This document shows, one piece after another, positions 1 through 9,475 of a DNA stretch of 64,000 nucleotides. The position numbers and the translations under genes were made by a program. The DNA lies in contig JAWOFK010000073.1 in NCBI GenBank assembly GCA_046497565.1, positions 36,810 to 100,809 of the forward strand, written 5' to 3'. Every line of letters starts with the position of its first letter. Position 1 is the stretch's first letter. The DNA comes from Dehalococcoidia bacterium. GTDB lineage: Bacteria > Chloroflexota > Dehalococcoidia > GIF9 > AB-539-J10. Under the pieces are notes generated by a model. It worked only from the letters and a program-made list of their open reading frames with translations, made no database searches and was not told the DNA's origin.

Positions 1-1
1 C

Positions 2-217
2 GTTCAGTTAAAGGAGCATCTGAGGGAGGTCCTGGCTAGATTCGACCATACTTGCCTCAACGATGTGCCCCCCCTTGATAAGATTGGCCCTTCCAGCGAG
101 AACATTGCCGCCACGATATATGATGCGCTTCAGCCTCGCTTTTCCGAATCCCCGGCGAAACTGATAAGTGTAGAGGTTTGGGAATCGCCCACCACAGGCG
201 TGGCGTATAGCCCTTGA
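2..217 (+). CDS. queD: 6-carboxy-5,6,7,8-tetrahydropterin synthase (QueD/PTPS family), C-terminal fragment running off the 5' edge of the window
   Basis: Frame-2 translation (…FDHTCLNDVPPLDKIGPSSENIAATIYDALQPRF…VEVWESPTTGVAYSP*) matches the conserved C-terminal region of PTPS/QueD; stop TGA at 215-217. Confidence 0.55.
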   Translation, partial: VQLKEHLREVLARFDHTCLNDVPPLDKIGPSSENIAATIYDALQPRFSESPAKLISVEVWESPTTGVAYSP

Positions 218-218
218 T

Positions 219-401
219 TTAAGTTTGCTGTTCAGGCGGTAACAAATTGGGAATCGTATCTACAATAGGGTAGAAGTGATTACAGGCAGAGCAATAAAGG
301 GAGCCGGTGACTATTTCTTCCCCTTCCTCTTTGTCCACTTTGAGCTCCATGTCCCCTTTACATACGGGACAGGCCAGGATTTCCATCAATTCTTTCTTCA
401 T
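219..401 (-). CDS. Trm112-family small zinc-ribbon protein (DUF343/YcaR-like)
   Basis: 60 aa; MKKELMEILACPVCKG…LYCSACNHFYPIVDTIP is the classic Trm112 CPxC…C..C fold signature. Confidence 0.7.
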   Translation of the reverse strand: MKKELMEILACPVCKGDMELKVDKEEGEEIVTGSLYCSACNHFYPIVDTIPNLLPPEQQT

Positions 402-475
402 CAGATCCCGATTATATCACATTGAGCAGTGAAACTGACATGGGGAAGTGCTATAATACCCAGCGGGAGAACAGA

Positions 476-823
476 ATGGCAACCCAGATCAAAAAGACTT
501 ATAGAGGCTTGAATCCCGGGATGCTTTGCGATGAAGTGCGAGACTTGTTGAAGAAACAAGGGATTATAGCCGTTGAGACTGAGTCGCAAACATACGGTCT
601 TTCCAGCGGGGCCACTCAGTCGCGTATCACGCTGGCACTGAAGACGCGTGGGACGCACGAGCAAGACCAGAAGGAATGCGGCACTGTACATGTACTGGGC
701 TCACCGCGGGACGAAGCAAAAATGCTCTTTCACGTAGACGAAACTTGTTTCCCTTCTGAGAAGCTCTCCGCTTTTCAGGAAGACCTCGATTTTATTCTCG
801 GCCCATACGAAATCAAGTGGTAG
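476..823 (+). CDS. hypothetical protein (start uncertain; the ORF track begins at 422)
   Basis: Open frame with a GGGAGA Shine-Dalgarno before the ATG at 476; no recognisable domain. Confidence 0.3.
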   Translation: MATQIKKTYRGLNPGMLCDEVRDLLKKQGIIAVETESQTYGLSSGATQSRITLALKTRGTHEQDQKECGTVHVLGSPRDEAKMLFHVDETCFPSEKLSAFQEDLDFILGPYEIKW

Positions 824-1177
824 ACAAGCGGCTTTCACAACACGACCAGCTTGCCAGAAAGACCAGGCAAGAGCGAAGAGACAAGCGGCGAGCTAAGGAA
901 AAGGCCAAGTTACCTCAGCATGGCAAGAGCCTGGCAAGGGTATACAAAGACGCCATATCCAAGAGAGCCAGAGCCAAGAAAGCCGACAAGCAGTCAAGCT
1001 AAGTCTGGTGGTTGTGATGCTAAAGAAATTCCTGCTCAGGGGTCCGATAATAGTCCTGATTTGCCTCGCCATCGGGTTCGCCATAGTCTACGGTGGCGAG
1101 TGGTTGCTCCAGCAATTGGGGTGCATAGGGCCTTGATTTCCGGCCTGGCCTGGCTTGGGAATAGCTAATACGCCATC

Positions 1178-2101
1178 TTAGCCAGTCCGGCGCATTGAGC
1201 AAATTGCGGAGCACTGTTTGCATTCATTGTCGCATGGCTCTGCATGAATGACTACGCTGGCCTCGTAGAGTGTGTTTTGTATTTCAGCTTCAACCTGGTC
1301 ACATATTTGATGAGCCTGTTCCAGGCTGATGTGCCTGGCCATCACCAGATGAAGGTCTATATGGCTCTGGCTTCCAGCCCGACGTGTCCGCAGTGCGTGG
1401 TAGCCGGATACTTGACGGCTGTGCTTCCTTAGACAGGCTTCGAGAGCTGCCTGTTGTGGAGGAGGTAGCTTTTCATCAAGCAGTCCGGATACCGGCTTAC
1501 GGATAGTATCAACAGCTACTTTCAGGATGTAAATAGCAACTCCGATGGCAATCACAGAGTCGATAACATACAACCCGGTCAATCTCACCATTGCCAGCCC
1601 CACCAGCACGGCTGAGGCGGAATAGACGTCAGTAGCAATATTGCGGGCATTAGCCTCCAGAGCTACAGAGCCAGTGTTACGGGACACCCTTAGCAGGTGC
1701 CGGGATAGGAAAACACTGGCCACTATGGAAATCGCCATGACGGCTATCCCTGCTTCGACTACTTCAATACTAGAGCCTTCTATTATCCGACCTACTGCCG
1801 AATAGATTATCAGTCCACCAGCGACAAAGATGAGAATTCCCTGCGCAACACCAGCAATGTCCTCTACCTTACCATGACCGTAGGGATGTTCTATGTCGGC
1901 CGGCTTGGCCACAATACGAATAGCAGAGAAGGTGATTATGGCAGCAAACAAGTCTAATAAGCTGTCCGCTGCCTGGGCCAGTACGCTGATGCTGCCAGTT
2001 ACCCAACCAACGGTTACCTTGAGTACTATCAGACCGGCGACTACAGCAAGCAGTAGCTTTGTGGCTCCCGGCTTTGTCGAGAACATTCTGTGCGGCTTCA
2101 T
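1178..2101 (-). CDS. cation diffusion facilitator (CDF) family divalent-metal efflux transporter
   Basis: 307 aa, six predicted TM helices, typical CDF TM2/TM5 signatures (SLLDLFAAI…, HxxxD-like HIDLH), cytoplasmic C-terminal domain. Confidence 0.85.
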   Translation of the reverse strand: MKPHRMFSTKPGATKLLLAVVAGLIVLKVTVGWVTGSISVLAQAADSLLDLFAAIITFSAIRIVAKPADIEHPYGHGKVEDIAGVAQGILIFVAGGLIIYSAVGRIIEGSSIEVVEAGIAVMAISIVASVFLSRHLLRVSRNTGSVALEANARNIATDVYSASAVLVGLAMVRLTGLYVIDSVIAIGVAIYILKVAVDTIRKPVSGLLDEKLPPPQQAALEACLRKHSRQVSGYHALRTRRAGSQSHIDLHLVMARHISLEQAHQICDQVEAEIQNTLYEASVVIHAEPCDNECKQCSAICSMRRTG

Positions 2102-2280
2102 ATCTTCCCCAACATCAAACTGCAGAGCACCAGAAGTTTACAGCGATATTTCGGTCAAAGCAATTATTGGGCCCGCATTGTCCGATGTCATGCAACGAGG
2201 CGGTAAGGCGGCAGGTCCCTGTTCAGAACAAGACACCAGAATTAGAATAGTTCTCGCTGAATCAGATATAATGGCCGATC

Positions 2281-3663
2281 ATGGCTGACTCTGTGAGCAA
2301 TGATACCTCCAGAAGAGCGATGCTTCTTATCGCCAGCATGACTTTCTTTCTCTTCCCCTTCATGGCTTCCTCTGTGAATGTCGCCCTTCCCTCTATTGGA
2401 AAAGACCTAGCATTGGATGCAGTCACGTTAGGCTGGGTTGCCACCGCCTACCTCTTGTCCTCGGCTGTTCTTCTTGTTCCCTTCGGCAGAATAGCAGACA
2501 TATACGGCAGGAAGAAGATTTTTGTCACCGGCATGGTTATCTTCACGGTTGCATCGTTCTTCTCAGGCCTGGCAAGCTCAGGCAGCATGCTTATCTCTTT
2601 TCGAGTCTTGCAGGGGATTGGCGTTGCCATGTTTGCCGGGACTGGAATAGCACTGCTCACCTCGGTATTCCCCGTCGATGAGAGAGGAAAGGTCCTGGGT
2701 ATAAATTCGGCTGCGGTCTATGTCGGTCTTTCGTTGGGCCCGGTTTTGGGCGGGGTCGTCACGCAGCATCTTGGCTGGAAGAGCATCTTTTTCTTAACTA
2801 CCCCCCTGGGCTTGGTAGTTATCGGCGCCGTCTTATGGAAGCTAAAAGGTGAGTGGACCGGGGCACAGGGGGAGAAATTTGATTTGGCTGGCTCTGTAAT
2901 CTACAGCCTTGCGCTTGTAGCCCTGGTATACGGGTTCACTCTCTTGCCAGCGAGGCCGGGAGTATGGCTGGTAGTGGGCGGCGTCATCGGGCTTCTGGCA
3001 TTCACCAGGTGGGAAATGAGAACCAAAAGCCCGGTCCTGGATATGAACCTGTTCAGAAACAGCAAAGCTTTCACCCTTTCCAGCCTGGCAACGTTGCTCG
3101 AGTATAGTCCGATATTGGCCGTGTCTTTCCTTATGAGTCTTTATCTACAGTACCTGAAGGAATTTAACCCGGAAAGCGCCGGCCTGGTTCTGGTCGCCTT
3201 GCCCGCTATGTCGGCTATTGTTTCACCCCTTGCTGGCAGGCTTTCGGACAGGATTGAACCAAGGATAATTGCCTCAGCAGGAATGGCGTTGACCACCATA
3301 GGAGTCACCCTGCTCATCTTCGTGAATGAGAATACTCCTCTGCATTTAATTGTCGGTAATTTGGTCCTGGTGGGTTGCGGGATGGCTTTTTTTTCCTCCC
3401 CCAATACTAACGCAGTTATGAGTTCTGTACCGAAAACGGCCTACGGAGTAGCCTCAGCAACCGTAGCGACGATGCGGCAGATTGGCATGGTCTTGGGCAT
3501 GGGAATCGCCATGCTGATGTTCGCTCTGTACATAGGAAGAGTTGAAATAGGGCCTGAATCTTATCCCCTTTTCCAGGAAAGCATGAGGACATCGTTCATG
3601 ATCCTGGCCATTCTCTGCTTTGGCGGCATCTTCATCTCGCTTGCCAGGGGAAATGTGCGCTAG
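2281..3663 (+). CDS. MFS transporter, DHA2 (14-TMS drug:H+ antiporter) family
   Basis: 460 aa polytopic membrane protein; MFS motif A-like GRIADIYGRKKIF between TM2 and TM3. Confidence 0.85.
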   Translation: MADSVSNDTSRRAMLLIASMTFFLFPFMASSVNVALPSIGKDLALDAVTLGWVATAYLLSSAVLLVPFGRIADIYGRKKIFVTGMVIFTVASFFSGLASSGSMLISFRVLQGIGVAMFAGTGIALLTSVFPVDERGKVLGINSAAVYVGLSLGPVLGGVVTQHLGWKSIFFLTTPLGLVVIGAVLWKLKGEWTGAQGEKFDLAGSVIYSLALVALVYGFTLLPARPGVWLVVGGVIGLLAFTRWEMRTKSPVLDMNLFRNSKAFTLSSLATLLEYSPILAVSFLMSLYLQYLKEFNPESAGLVLVALPAMSAIVSPLAGRLSDRIEPRIIASAGMALTTIGVTLLIFVNENTPLHLIVGNLVLVGCGMAFFSSPNTNAVMSSVPKTAYGVASATVATMRQIGMVLGMGIAMLMFALYIGRVEIGPESYPLFQESMRTSFMILAILCFGGIFISLARGNVR

Positions 3664-3671
3664 GCTTCTTC

Positions 3672-4154
3672 TCAAGGCAGGTGGGTTATCCTGGAAGGCG
3701 GGTTTTTATGTAACTCAAACCCTATTCCGGCTTCCTGGAACAGGTCTATGAAGGAATCATCAGCGTAGTTGCCAAAGGTTACGAAGCGCTTTATTTTGGC
3801 ATTGAGCAGCATCTTGGCACAGAGGACGCAGGGAGTATGGGTGCAGTAGATGGTACAGCCTTCGAGGCTGACGCCGTGCAGCGAGGCCTGGATAATGACA
3901 TTCTGCTCGGCGTGAATGCCCCGGCATATTTCTTGCCTGGTACCGGATTCTATGCTCATTTCCTCCCTGAGACAGCCAAGTTCAAGACAATCCTTAAGGC
4001 CGGCGGCAGCCCCATTGTAGCCGGTAGCCAATATGTGCTTGTCCTTCACTGCCACGGCGCCCACATGATGGCGGCGGCAGGTGGAGCGTTCGGCTACCAC
4101 AGCCGCTATCTTGAGGAAATACTCATCAATGTTTGGCCTGGTTCCCTTGTTCAT
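3672..4154 (-). CDS. comEB: dCMP deaminase (cytidine/deoxycytidylate deaminase family)
   Basis: HAEQNVI zinc-binding motif plus PCVLCAKML (PCxxC) motif; length and layout typical of dCMP deaminase. Confidence 0.8.
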   Translation of the reverse strand: MNKGTRPNIDEYFLKIAAVVAERSTCRRHHVGAVAVKDKHILATGYNGAAAGLKDCLELGCLREEMSIESGTRQEICRGIHAEQNVIIQASLHGVSLEGCTIYCTHTPCVLCAKMLLNAKIKRFVTFGNYADDSFIDLFQEAGIGFELHKNPPSRITHLP

Positions 4155-4693
4155 TTCAAGCCGGAGATAACCCGCTCCGTTTCCCGCTCCATTTCCTCCA
4201 GCGACCCTTCGTTTAATATGACAGAGTCGGCCATGGCGATCGGCCCGCCCTTGTTAATATTCTCTATTTCGGACTTATCTCGTCGGGCTGCTTCATCAGG
4301 CGTTAAAGGTCGTTCGCCTCTGCTGGCAAGCCTTCTATGCCTGGTTGCGGACGATGCCCAGACAACAACGGTAGTAAACTGCTCACCATAGTAGTCCTTC
4401 AATAGAGTATACTCTTCCCAGGAGTAAAGCCCATCCACCACAACATCTGATGATTTCAATGAGCTGTCAATCCTGGGCAAGTTCAACTTGGCGTAAGCAG
4501 CCATCCCGTGTTCCTTTCTCAATTGCTGTCTGATAAAGCGCTCGTTTTCCTCATTCGTCTCAAGTTCCCTCTTCTTGAGCTCTTCATCTGTAATGTCTCC
4601 AAACCGCACTTTCTTGAAGCCATGCTTTTCAAATATCCTGGCCACCTCTGACTTGCCCGCGCCTGCCATGCCAACAATTGCTACCACCTTCAT
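4151..4693 (-). CDS. P-loop nucleotide/nucleoside monophosphate kinase (adenylate-kinase-like, UPF0200/dephospho-CoA-kinase-like family)
   Basis: Walker A GMAGAGKS at the N-terminus; about 180 aa; overlaps the dCMP deaminase start by 4 bp, suggesting translational coupling. Confidence 0.55.
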   Translation of the reverse strand: MKVVAIVGMAGAGKSEVARIFEKHGFKKVRFGDITDEELKKRELETNEENERFIRQQLRKEHGMAAYAKLNLPRIDSSLKSSDVVVDGLYSWEEYTLLKDYYGEQFTTVVVWASSATRHRRLASRGERPLTPDEAARRDKSEIENINKGGPIAMADSVILNEGSLEEMERETERVISGLK

Positions 4694-4942
4694 GGTTTAC
4701 TCGCAATCAACCCCGACAAGAGCCGAGGAATTGCAGCGGTAACTATATTAACAGGATTTGCGTAACTATCATAGAGCCGCGCCTTCAAGAACGTCCACTC
4801 GTCATTCTGAGCCGTTCTCTTGCTGCCATTCTAATTGTCTGCCCTGTTGTTCAAATCAATAATTAAGCTGCCTTGTCTGGCGGTCCAGCATGAATTATAC
4901 TGAATGCTGATAATTCGGGCTCTATGAGCGTAATATAGTGGT

Positions 4943-5464
4943 GTGCCAATGTTTGGTATCCTTTCCAGAGACGATATCCTGGAGATGCTGAAGGCAAGCC
5001 CTCCCCTGGTGAACGATTTATGTGATGCTCAGCAGCAGGTCCAACCCAACGGCATAGATTTGAGCCTCAGGGAAGTAGCTTTGCTTTCCTCGCCTGGTAA
5101 TATGAGCCCTGACAATGAAAGCAGAGTCATTTCCGGGACTTCCCCCCTCGTTTTCGACGGGCTGGGTCGCATAGACCTGTTGCCTGGTTGTTACCTGGTC
5201 ACGTACAACGAGGTGGTCAATCTTCCCAGAGACGTAATGGCTCTGGCAACACCCCGGTCGAGCCTTCTGCGCTGCGGAGTCAGCATCCATAGCGCAGTTT
5301 GGGATGCCGGCTATTCCGGCAGGTCGCAGTCTCTAATGGTGGTCTACAATCCGCAGGGATTTCGGCTACACAAGAATGCGCGAATTATTCAGATGGTCTT
5401 CTTCCGTCTGAGCTACAAGGTAGACGAAGGCTATCGAGGTATGTTTCAAGGCGAGAACCTGTGA
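4943..5464 (+). CDS. dcd: dCTP deaminase / dUTPase-superfamily protein
   Basis: 173 aa; C-terminal WDAGYSGRSQSLMVVYNP resembles the Dcd/dUTPase beta-barrel active-site region. Confidence 0.65.
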   Translation: MPMFGILSRDDILEMLKASPPLVNDLCDAQQQVQPNGIDLSLREVALLSSPGNMSPDNESRVISGTSPLVFDGLGRIDLLPGCYLVTYNEVVNLPRDVMALATPRSSLLRCGVSIHSAVWDAGYSGRSQSLMVVYNPQGFRLHKNARIIQMVFFRLSYKVDEGYRGMFQGENL

Positions 5465-5500
5465 GAAGGACTCTAGCTGAGCACCAATTCTCTGCGCCTG

Positions 5501-7033
5501 CTAGCTTCGTTGCTTGCTCCAGTCAGAAACATCACTGGTGAAAGGTGCACGTATTTTCGCAGCCACCTTACGGAAATGGAACCCCTGGACAGCAAGTGTC
5601 ATGGACAAAGGAAAAGTTCTGGGCTTCTTCAGCAAGGTCCAGATAACCAACTTCCAATAATGCACTCTACCTTTTTCCTGAACCCCCAAAACCCATGTAG
5701 ACCTCATCAAGGCTAAGAGATGGAGAAAAGAGATCTTGATTCTTCTCCTATTGCTAGGTTCATACTCCTTCAGAAGGGTTCTAATGCGTTCATAGTATGG
5801 CTTGGGTGCATATATTGTATCTATAACATGCTTATAGCCTCTGACAAGCGCTTCGAGCCCCATTTTAGGGATGAAGTTGGTTGAACCATCTGTATTGTCC
5901 CCCGTACCGCCCGGCAGTAAACGGTTCTCCTGTTTCAGACGTTTGTATAGTCTTGTCCCCGGGGGAGCCATCAACACACCAACCATAGCCATAACGATTC
6001 CACTATTCTGAATGAAATCGATCTGGCTCTTGAAGATGGAAACCGGGTCGCTATCAAACCCGACGATGAAGCCTCCCTGCACCTGCAGGCCGTGGTTTTG
6101 TATCTTCTTAACCGAGGCCAACAAATCACGGTTCTTGTTCGGCATTTTATTGCATTCGACCAAACTCTCTTCATTGGGGCTTTCTATACCCACAAACACG
6201 GTGTCAAATCCGGCCTTGACCATCATTCGCATTAGCTCTTCGTCATCGGCAAGATTAATGGATGCTTCGGTAAAAAATGCAAAGGGATGTTTTCTTTCTT
6301 CCATCCATTTAGTTATGGCCGGCAGGATTTCTGACTTTAGCTTTCGTTTGTTGCCAATAAAATTATCATCAACGAAGAATACACTGGCTCGCCATCCCAT
6401 ATCGTATAACGCGTCCAGCTCGGCTATTATCTGAGCCGCCGTTTTTGTCCGCGGCACATGTCCATTCATAATGACGATGTCGCAGAACTCGCAGTTAAAA
6501 GGGCAGCCTCGAGAATACTGGATAGTCATCGATTGATACTTTTTCCTGTCGATAAGCGACCACAAAGGCACGGGAGTTTTCTTTATGTCAGGGAACTCTT
6601 CAGACGCGTAGCAATGTTTGGCACATCCCTTCTCCAAATCTTCCACAAAGAGCGGCAGTGTATCTTCAGCTTCGTAAGATATCAGATGGTCTATATCATC
6701 ATGACCAAATTCCTCATACCCAAGGGAAAAGACGGGGCCCCCACCAACAATCTTGGTTCCCAACTGCCTGCACCTGTCGACGACCTCCCTGGCCGAATCA
6801 GCCTGCACTACCATAGCGCTGATAAATACATAATCAGCCCACTTGATGGCTTTATCTGTCAGGTTTGTTATATTGAGGTCCACAAGCTTCTTCTCCCACT
6901 CTTGAGGAAGCATCGCAGCTACAGTTAACAAGCCCAGAGGGGGGAAAGTTGCCTTTTTGAAAATGAATTTCAAAGCATGCTTAAAACTCCAGAAGGTGTC
7001 CGGATACCGGGGATAAACTAATAATATCTTCAA
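5501..7033 (-). CDS. B12-binding-domain radical SAM protein with C-terminal DUF4070 (class B radical SAM)
   Basis: N-terminal cobalamin-binding Rossmann region, SRGCPFNCEFCD (CxxxCxxC) radical SAM motif, extended C-terminal domain typical of DUF4070. Confidence 0.85.
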   Translation of the reverse strand: MKILLVYPRYPDTFWSFKHALKFIFKKATFPPLGLLTVAAMLPQEWEKKLVDLNITNLTDKAIKWADYVFISAMVVQADSAREVVDRCRQLGTKIVGGGPVFSLGYEEFGHDDIDHLISYEAEDTLPLFVEDLEKGCAKHCYASEEFPDIKKTPVPLWSLIDRKKYQSMTIQYSRGCPFNCEFCDIVIMNGHVPRTKTAAQIIAELDALYDMGWRASVFFVDDNFIGNKRKLKSEILPAITKWMEERKHPFAFFTEASINLADDEELMRMMVKAGFDTVFVGIESPNEESLVECNKMPNKNRDLLASVKKIQNHGLQVQGGFIVGFDSDPVSIFKSQIDFIQNSGIVMAMVGVLMAPPGTRLYKRLKQENRLLPGGTGDNTDGSTNFIPKMGLEALVRGYKHVIDTIYAPKPYYERIRTLLKEYEPSNRRRIKISFLHLLALMRSTWVLGVQEKGRVHYWKLVIWTLLKKPRTFPLSMTLAVQGFHFRKVAAKIRAPFTSDVSDWSKQRS

Positions 7034-7315
7034 TTTACGCTCCTTTTTGTATAGCTTGAATCATAATACCATAATACAATAATATTTTACCAGTGTCACG
7101 ACAAGCCCCCAAAAAACTCGGGAGGCACAAACCAAAAATGTAGAATGTTCCCAATGTTCATGCGGAATGGGACACATTGGGGGAGGGTTCATGTTGCAAG
7201 CATCTTGCCTATCCCGACTGGTCGGGACTTGACGTTTATATCGATCTAGCTGATAATCACAGTGACTGAAGGGTTGGACAATTGACTGCGCACCGCGGGG
7301 AAAGAATATACTATT

Positions 7316-8806
7316 GTGGCTAATCAAATCAAATTCGGCACTGATGGCTGGCGGGGGATTATCGCCGAGGACTTCACCTTCGATAACGTGCGTATCTGCG
7401 CTCAGGCCGTGGCAGAATACCTGAAGCAAAATGGACTCAATAAACGAGGCCTGGTCATTGGCTATGATACTCGTTTCGCCTCGGAGGATTTTGCCGCCGC
7501 CGCCGCTGAAGTGACGGCCGGCAACAACATCAAGGTCCACCTCTGCCCCAAACCAGCCCCTACCCCGGTGGTGAGCTTTACTGTCCCGGCTACTAATTCC
7601 GCCGGGGCCATTGTGATAACTGCCAGCCACAATCCCGCTTCGTGGAATGGATTCAAATACAAATCTGAGGATGGGGCCAGTGCTCCTGGGGACGTCATCT
7701 CCCAAATAGAGGCAAACATCGCTTCCCTCACCCAAACCCCACCCCCTAAAGGAAAAGGGCCGGGAGAGGGTGTGAAAAGGCTTGAGCTGGATAGGGCCTT
7801 GGAGAAAGGGCTTGTTGACTACCTGGATCCCTCTCCTGTTTACTTCGACCGCCTTGGCCAGTTTGTCGACTTAGAAAAATTGCGCCGCCAGAAACTGAAT
7901 ATCATAGTTGACTCCATGTATGGTGCTGGCATTGGCTATTTCAGGACAATCCTCCAGAACGGCAACCTGAAAATCACCGAGATTAATGCCGAACGAAATC
8001 CCTCCTTCCCCCAGATTCAGCCTGAGCCAATCGCCAAGAACTTGACCACGCTTTCGAGGTTGGTCGTTGAGAAGAAGGCCGATGTGGGCCTGGCCACCGA
8101 TGGGGACGCCGACCGCATTGGCATCATAGACGAAAGGGGACAGTTTCTGACTCAACACCAGGTTTTTGCCTTGCTCTGTCTCTATCTACTGGAAGTCCGC
8201 GGTGAGCGTGGCGCCATGATAAGGACACTCACTTCCACCATGATGATTTCCCGCCTGGGCGAGCTATTCGATGTCCCTGTTTACGAAACGCAGGTGGGTT
8301 TCAAATATGTTGCCCCCTTGATGATGGAGAAAAACGCCATCATTGGCGGGGAGGAGAGTGGTGGCTACGGATTCCGCGGTCATGTCCCGGAACGCGATGC
8401 TATACTTGCCGGGCTCTACTTTCTTGACTTCATGGCGGAAACAGGAAAGACGCCATCGCAGCTTCTCGATTACCTTTACAGCAAGGTGGGATCTCACTAC
8501 TATGACCGGACAGATTTTCACGTCTCCCCAGCTAGGCGTCAGGCAGTCATGCACCGACTGCGCTCCACCTCACCGGACACTATAGCCGGTTCTAGGGTGA
8601 CCAGAGTGGATACCACCGATGGTTTTCGCTTCTTCCTTGCCGATGACTCCTGGCTGCTCATCCGTTTTTCCGGCACAGAACCGCTCATTCGCATCTACTC
8701 TGAAGCTGAAAGCCTAGAAAGGGTGAGGGAGCTACTGGAAGAAGGCAAGAAGCTGGCCTATGAGGCAGGCCCGTCTGGGCAAGATGGGAGTATCGCGGGT
8801 TTCTGA
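7316..8806 (+). CDS. phosphoglucomutase/phosphomannomutase (alpha-D-phosphohexomutase family)
   Basis: FGTDGWRG N-terminal motif, TASHNP phosphoserine loop, GEESGG sugar-binding loop. Confidence 0.85.
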   Translation: MANQIKFGTDGWRGIIAEDFTFDNVRICAQAVAEYLKQNGLNKRGLVIGYDTRFASEDFAAAAAEVTAGNNIKVHLCPKPAPTPVVSFTVPATNSAGAIVITASHNPASWNGFKYKSEDGASAPGDVISQIEANIASLTQTPPPKGKGPGEGVKRLELDRALEKGLVDYLDPSPVYFDRLGQFVDLEKLRRQKLNIIVDSMYGAGIGYFRTILQNGNLKITEINAERNPSFPQIQPEPIAKNLTTLSRLVVEKKADVGLATDGDADRIGIIDERGQFLTQHQVFALLCLYLLEVRGERGAMIRTLTSTMMISRLGELFDVPVYETQVGFKYVAPLMMEKNAIIGGEESGGYGFRGHVPERDAILAGLYFLDFMAETGKTPSQLLDYLYSKVGSHYYDRTDFHVSPARRQAVMHRLRSTSPDTIAGSRVTRVDTTDGFRFFLADDSWLLIRFSGTEPLIRIYSEAESLERVRELLEEGKKLAYEAGPSGQDGSIAGF

Positions 8807-8827
8807 CGTCGTTGTTAGGGCAGAGTT

Positions 8828-9379
8828 TCAGTATAACCAACTCTTATACTCGGGCGTAGCATCCTTCATATCCTCGTATAGCCATACCATCCGGTCTGCG
8901 AACCATAGCTTGCCTATGACCGTGATGGCACCGCCCATGAGAGTCGGCCAGACGTCCAGTATTATCAGACCCCAGACGAAGAAGGCGGACCCGATCACCG
9001 CGACCACAGAGAGGGCATTCGGGATGTGACGATGACGTTTCGGTACCGGGACGTTCCTACGATTCATCCAGACCCATTCGCCAAGAACCGCCTTTGACGC
9101 CCAGTTGTCTGTGCTCCTTGGTTCGGCGAAGATCCTCGGGTTAAGCCACACCCACAAGACCGTGGCCGTAATCGGTATGAGAGCCCACCACCCCAACCAT
9201 GCTCTGCTCCAGAAAGCCAAGCCCAAGAGCGGAACCATGGAAAAGCGCGAATAGCCACTCCGAGGATTAGTGTGACGCCGGCGAGTGCCCTCATCCATAC
9301 GAAACAGGCGTGCTATCATTTGTTCTATTGCCATCGACTTACCCTTACAAACCGCATTGCCGTGATAAGAAGCATCCAT
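8828..9379 (-). CDS. hypothetical membrane protein
   Basis: 183 aa with about 3 hydrophobic helices; no recognised domain. Confidence 0.4.
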   Translation of the reverse strand: MDASYHGNAVCKGKSMAIEQMIARLFRMDEGTRRRHTNPRSGYSRFSMVPLLGLAFWSRAWLGWWALIPITATVLWVWLNPRIFAEPRSTDNWASKAVLGEWVWMNRRNVPVPKRHRHIPNALSVVAVIGSAFFVWGLIILDVWPTLMGGAITVIGKLWFADRMVWLYEDMKDATPEYKSWLY

Positions 9380-9475
9380 GCTAGGTCCCCATACAACTTC
9401 TCTGCTTACCGCAGATTAGCCCATGATGCCGCCAGCAAGCCGCGAAGACTACCTGCCGAGCTTCAAGGTATCTTG

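Noticed and set aside
817-1168. Overlapping + strand ORFs 817..1002 (61 aa, extremely Lys/Arg-rich) and 851..1168 (105 aa)
   Set aside because: They overlap each other and the preceding ORF, and no domain is recognisable. The basic 61-aa frame could be a real small protein, but I cannot support it from sequence alone. The region may simply be the 3' UTR upstream of the CDF transporter terminus.
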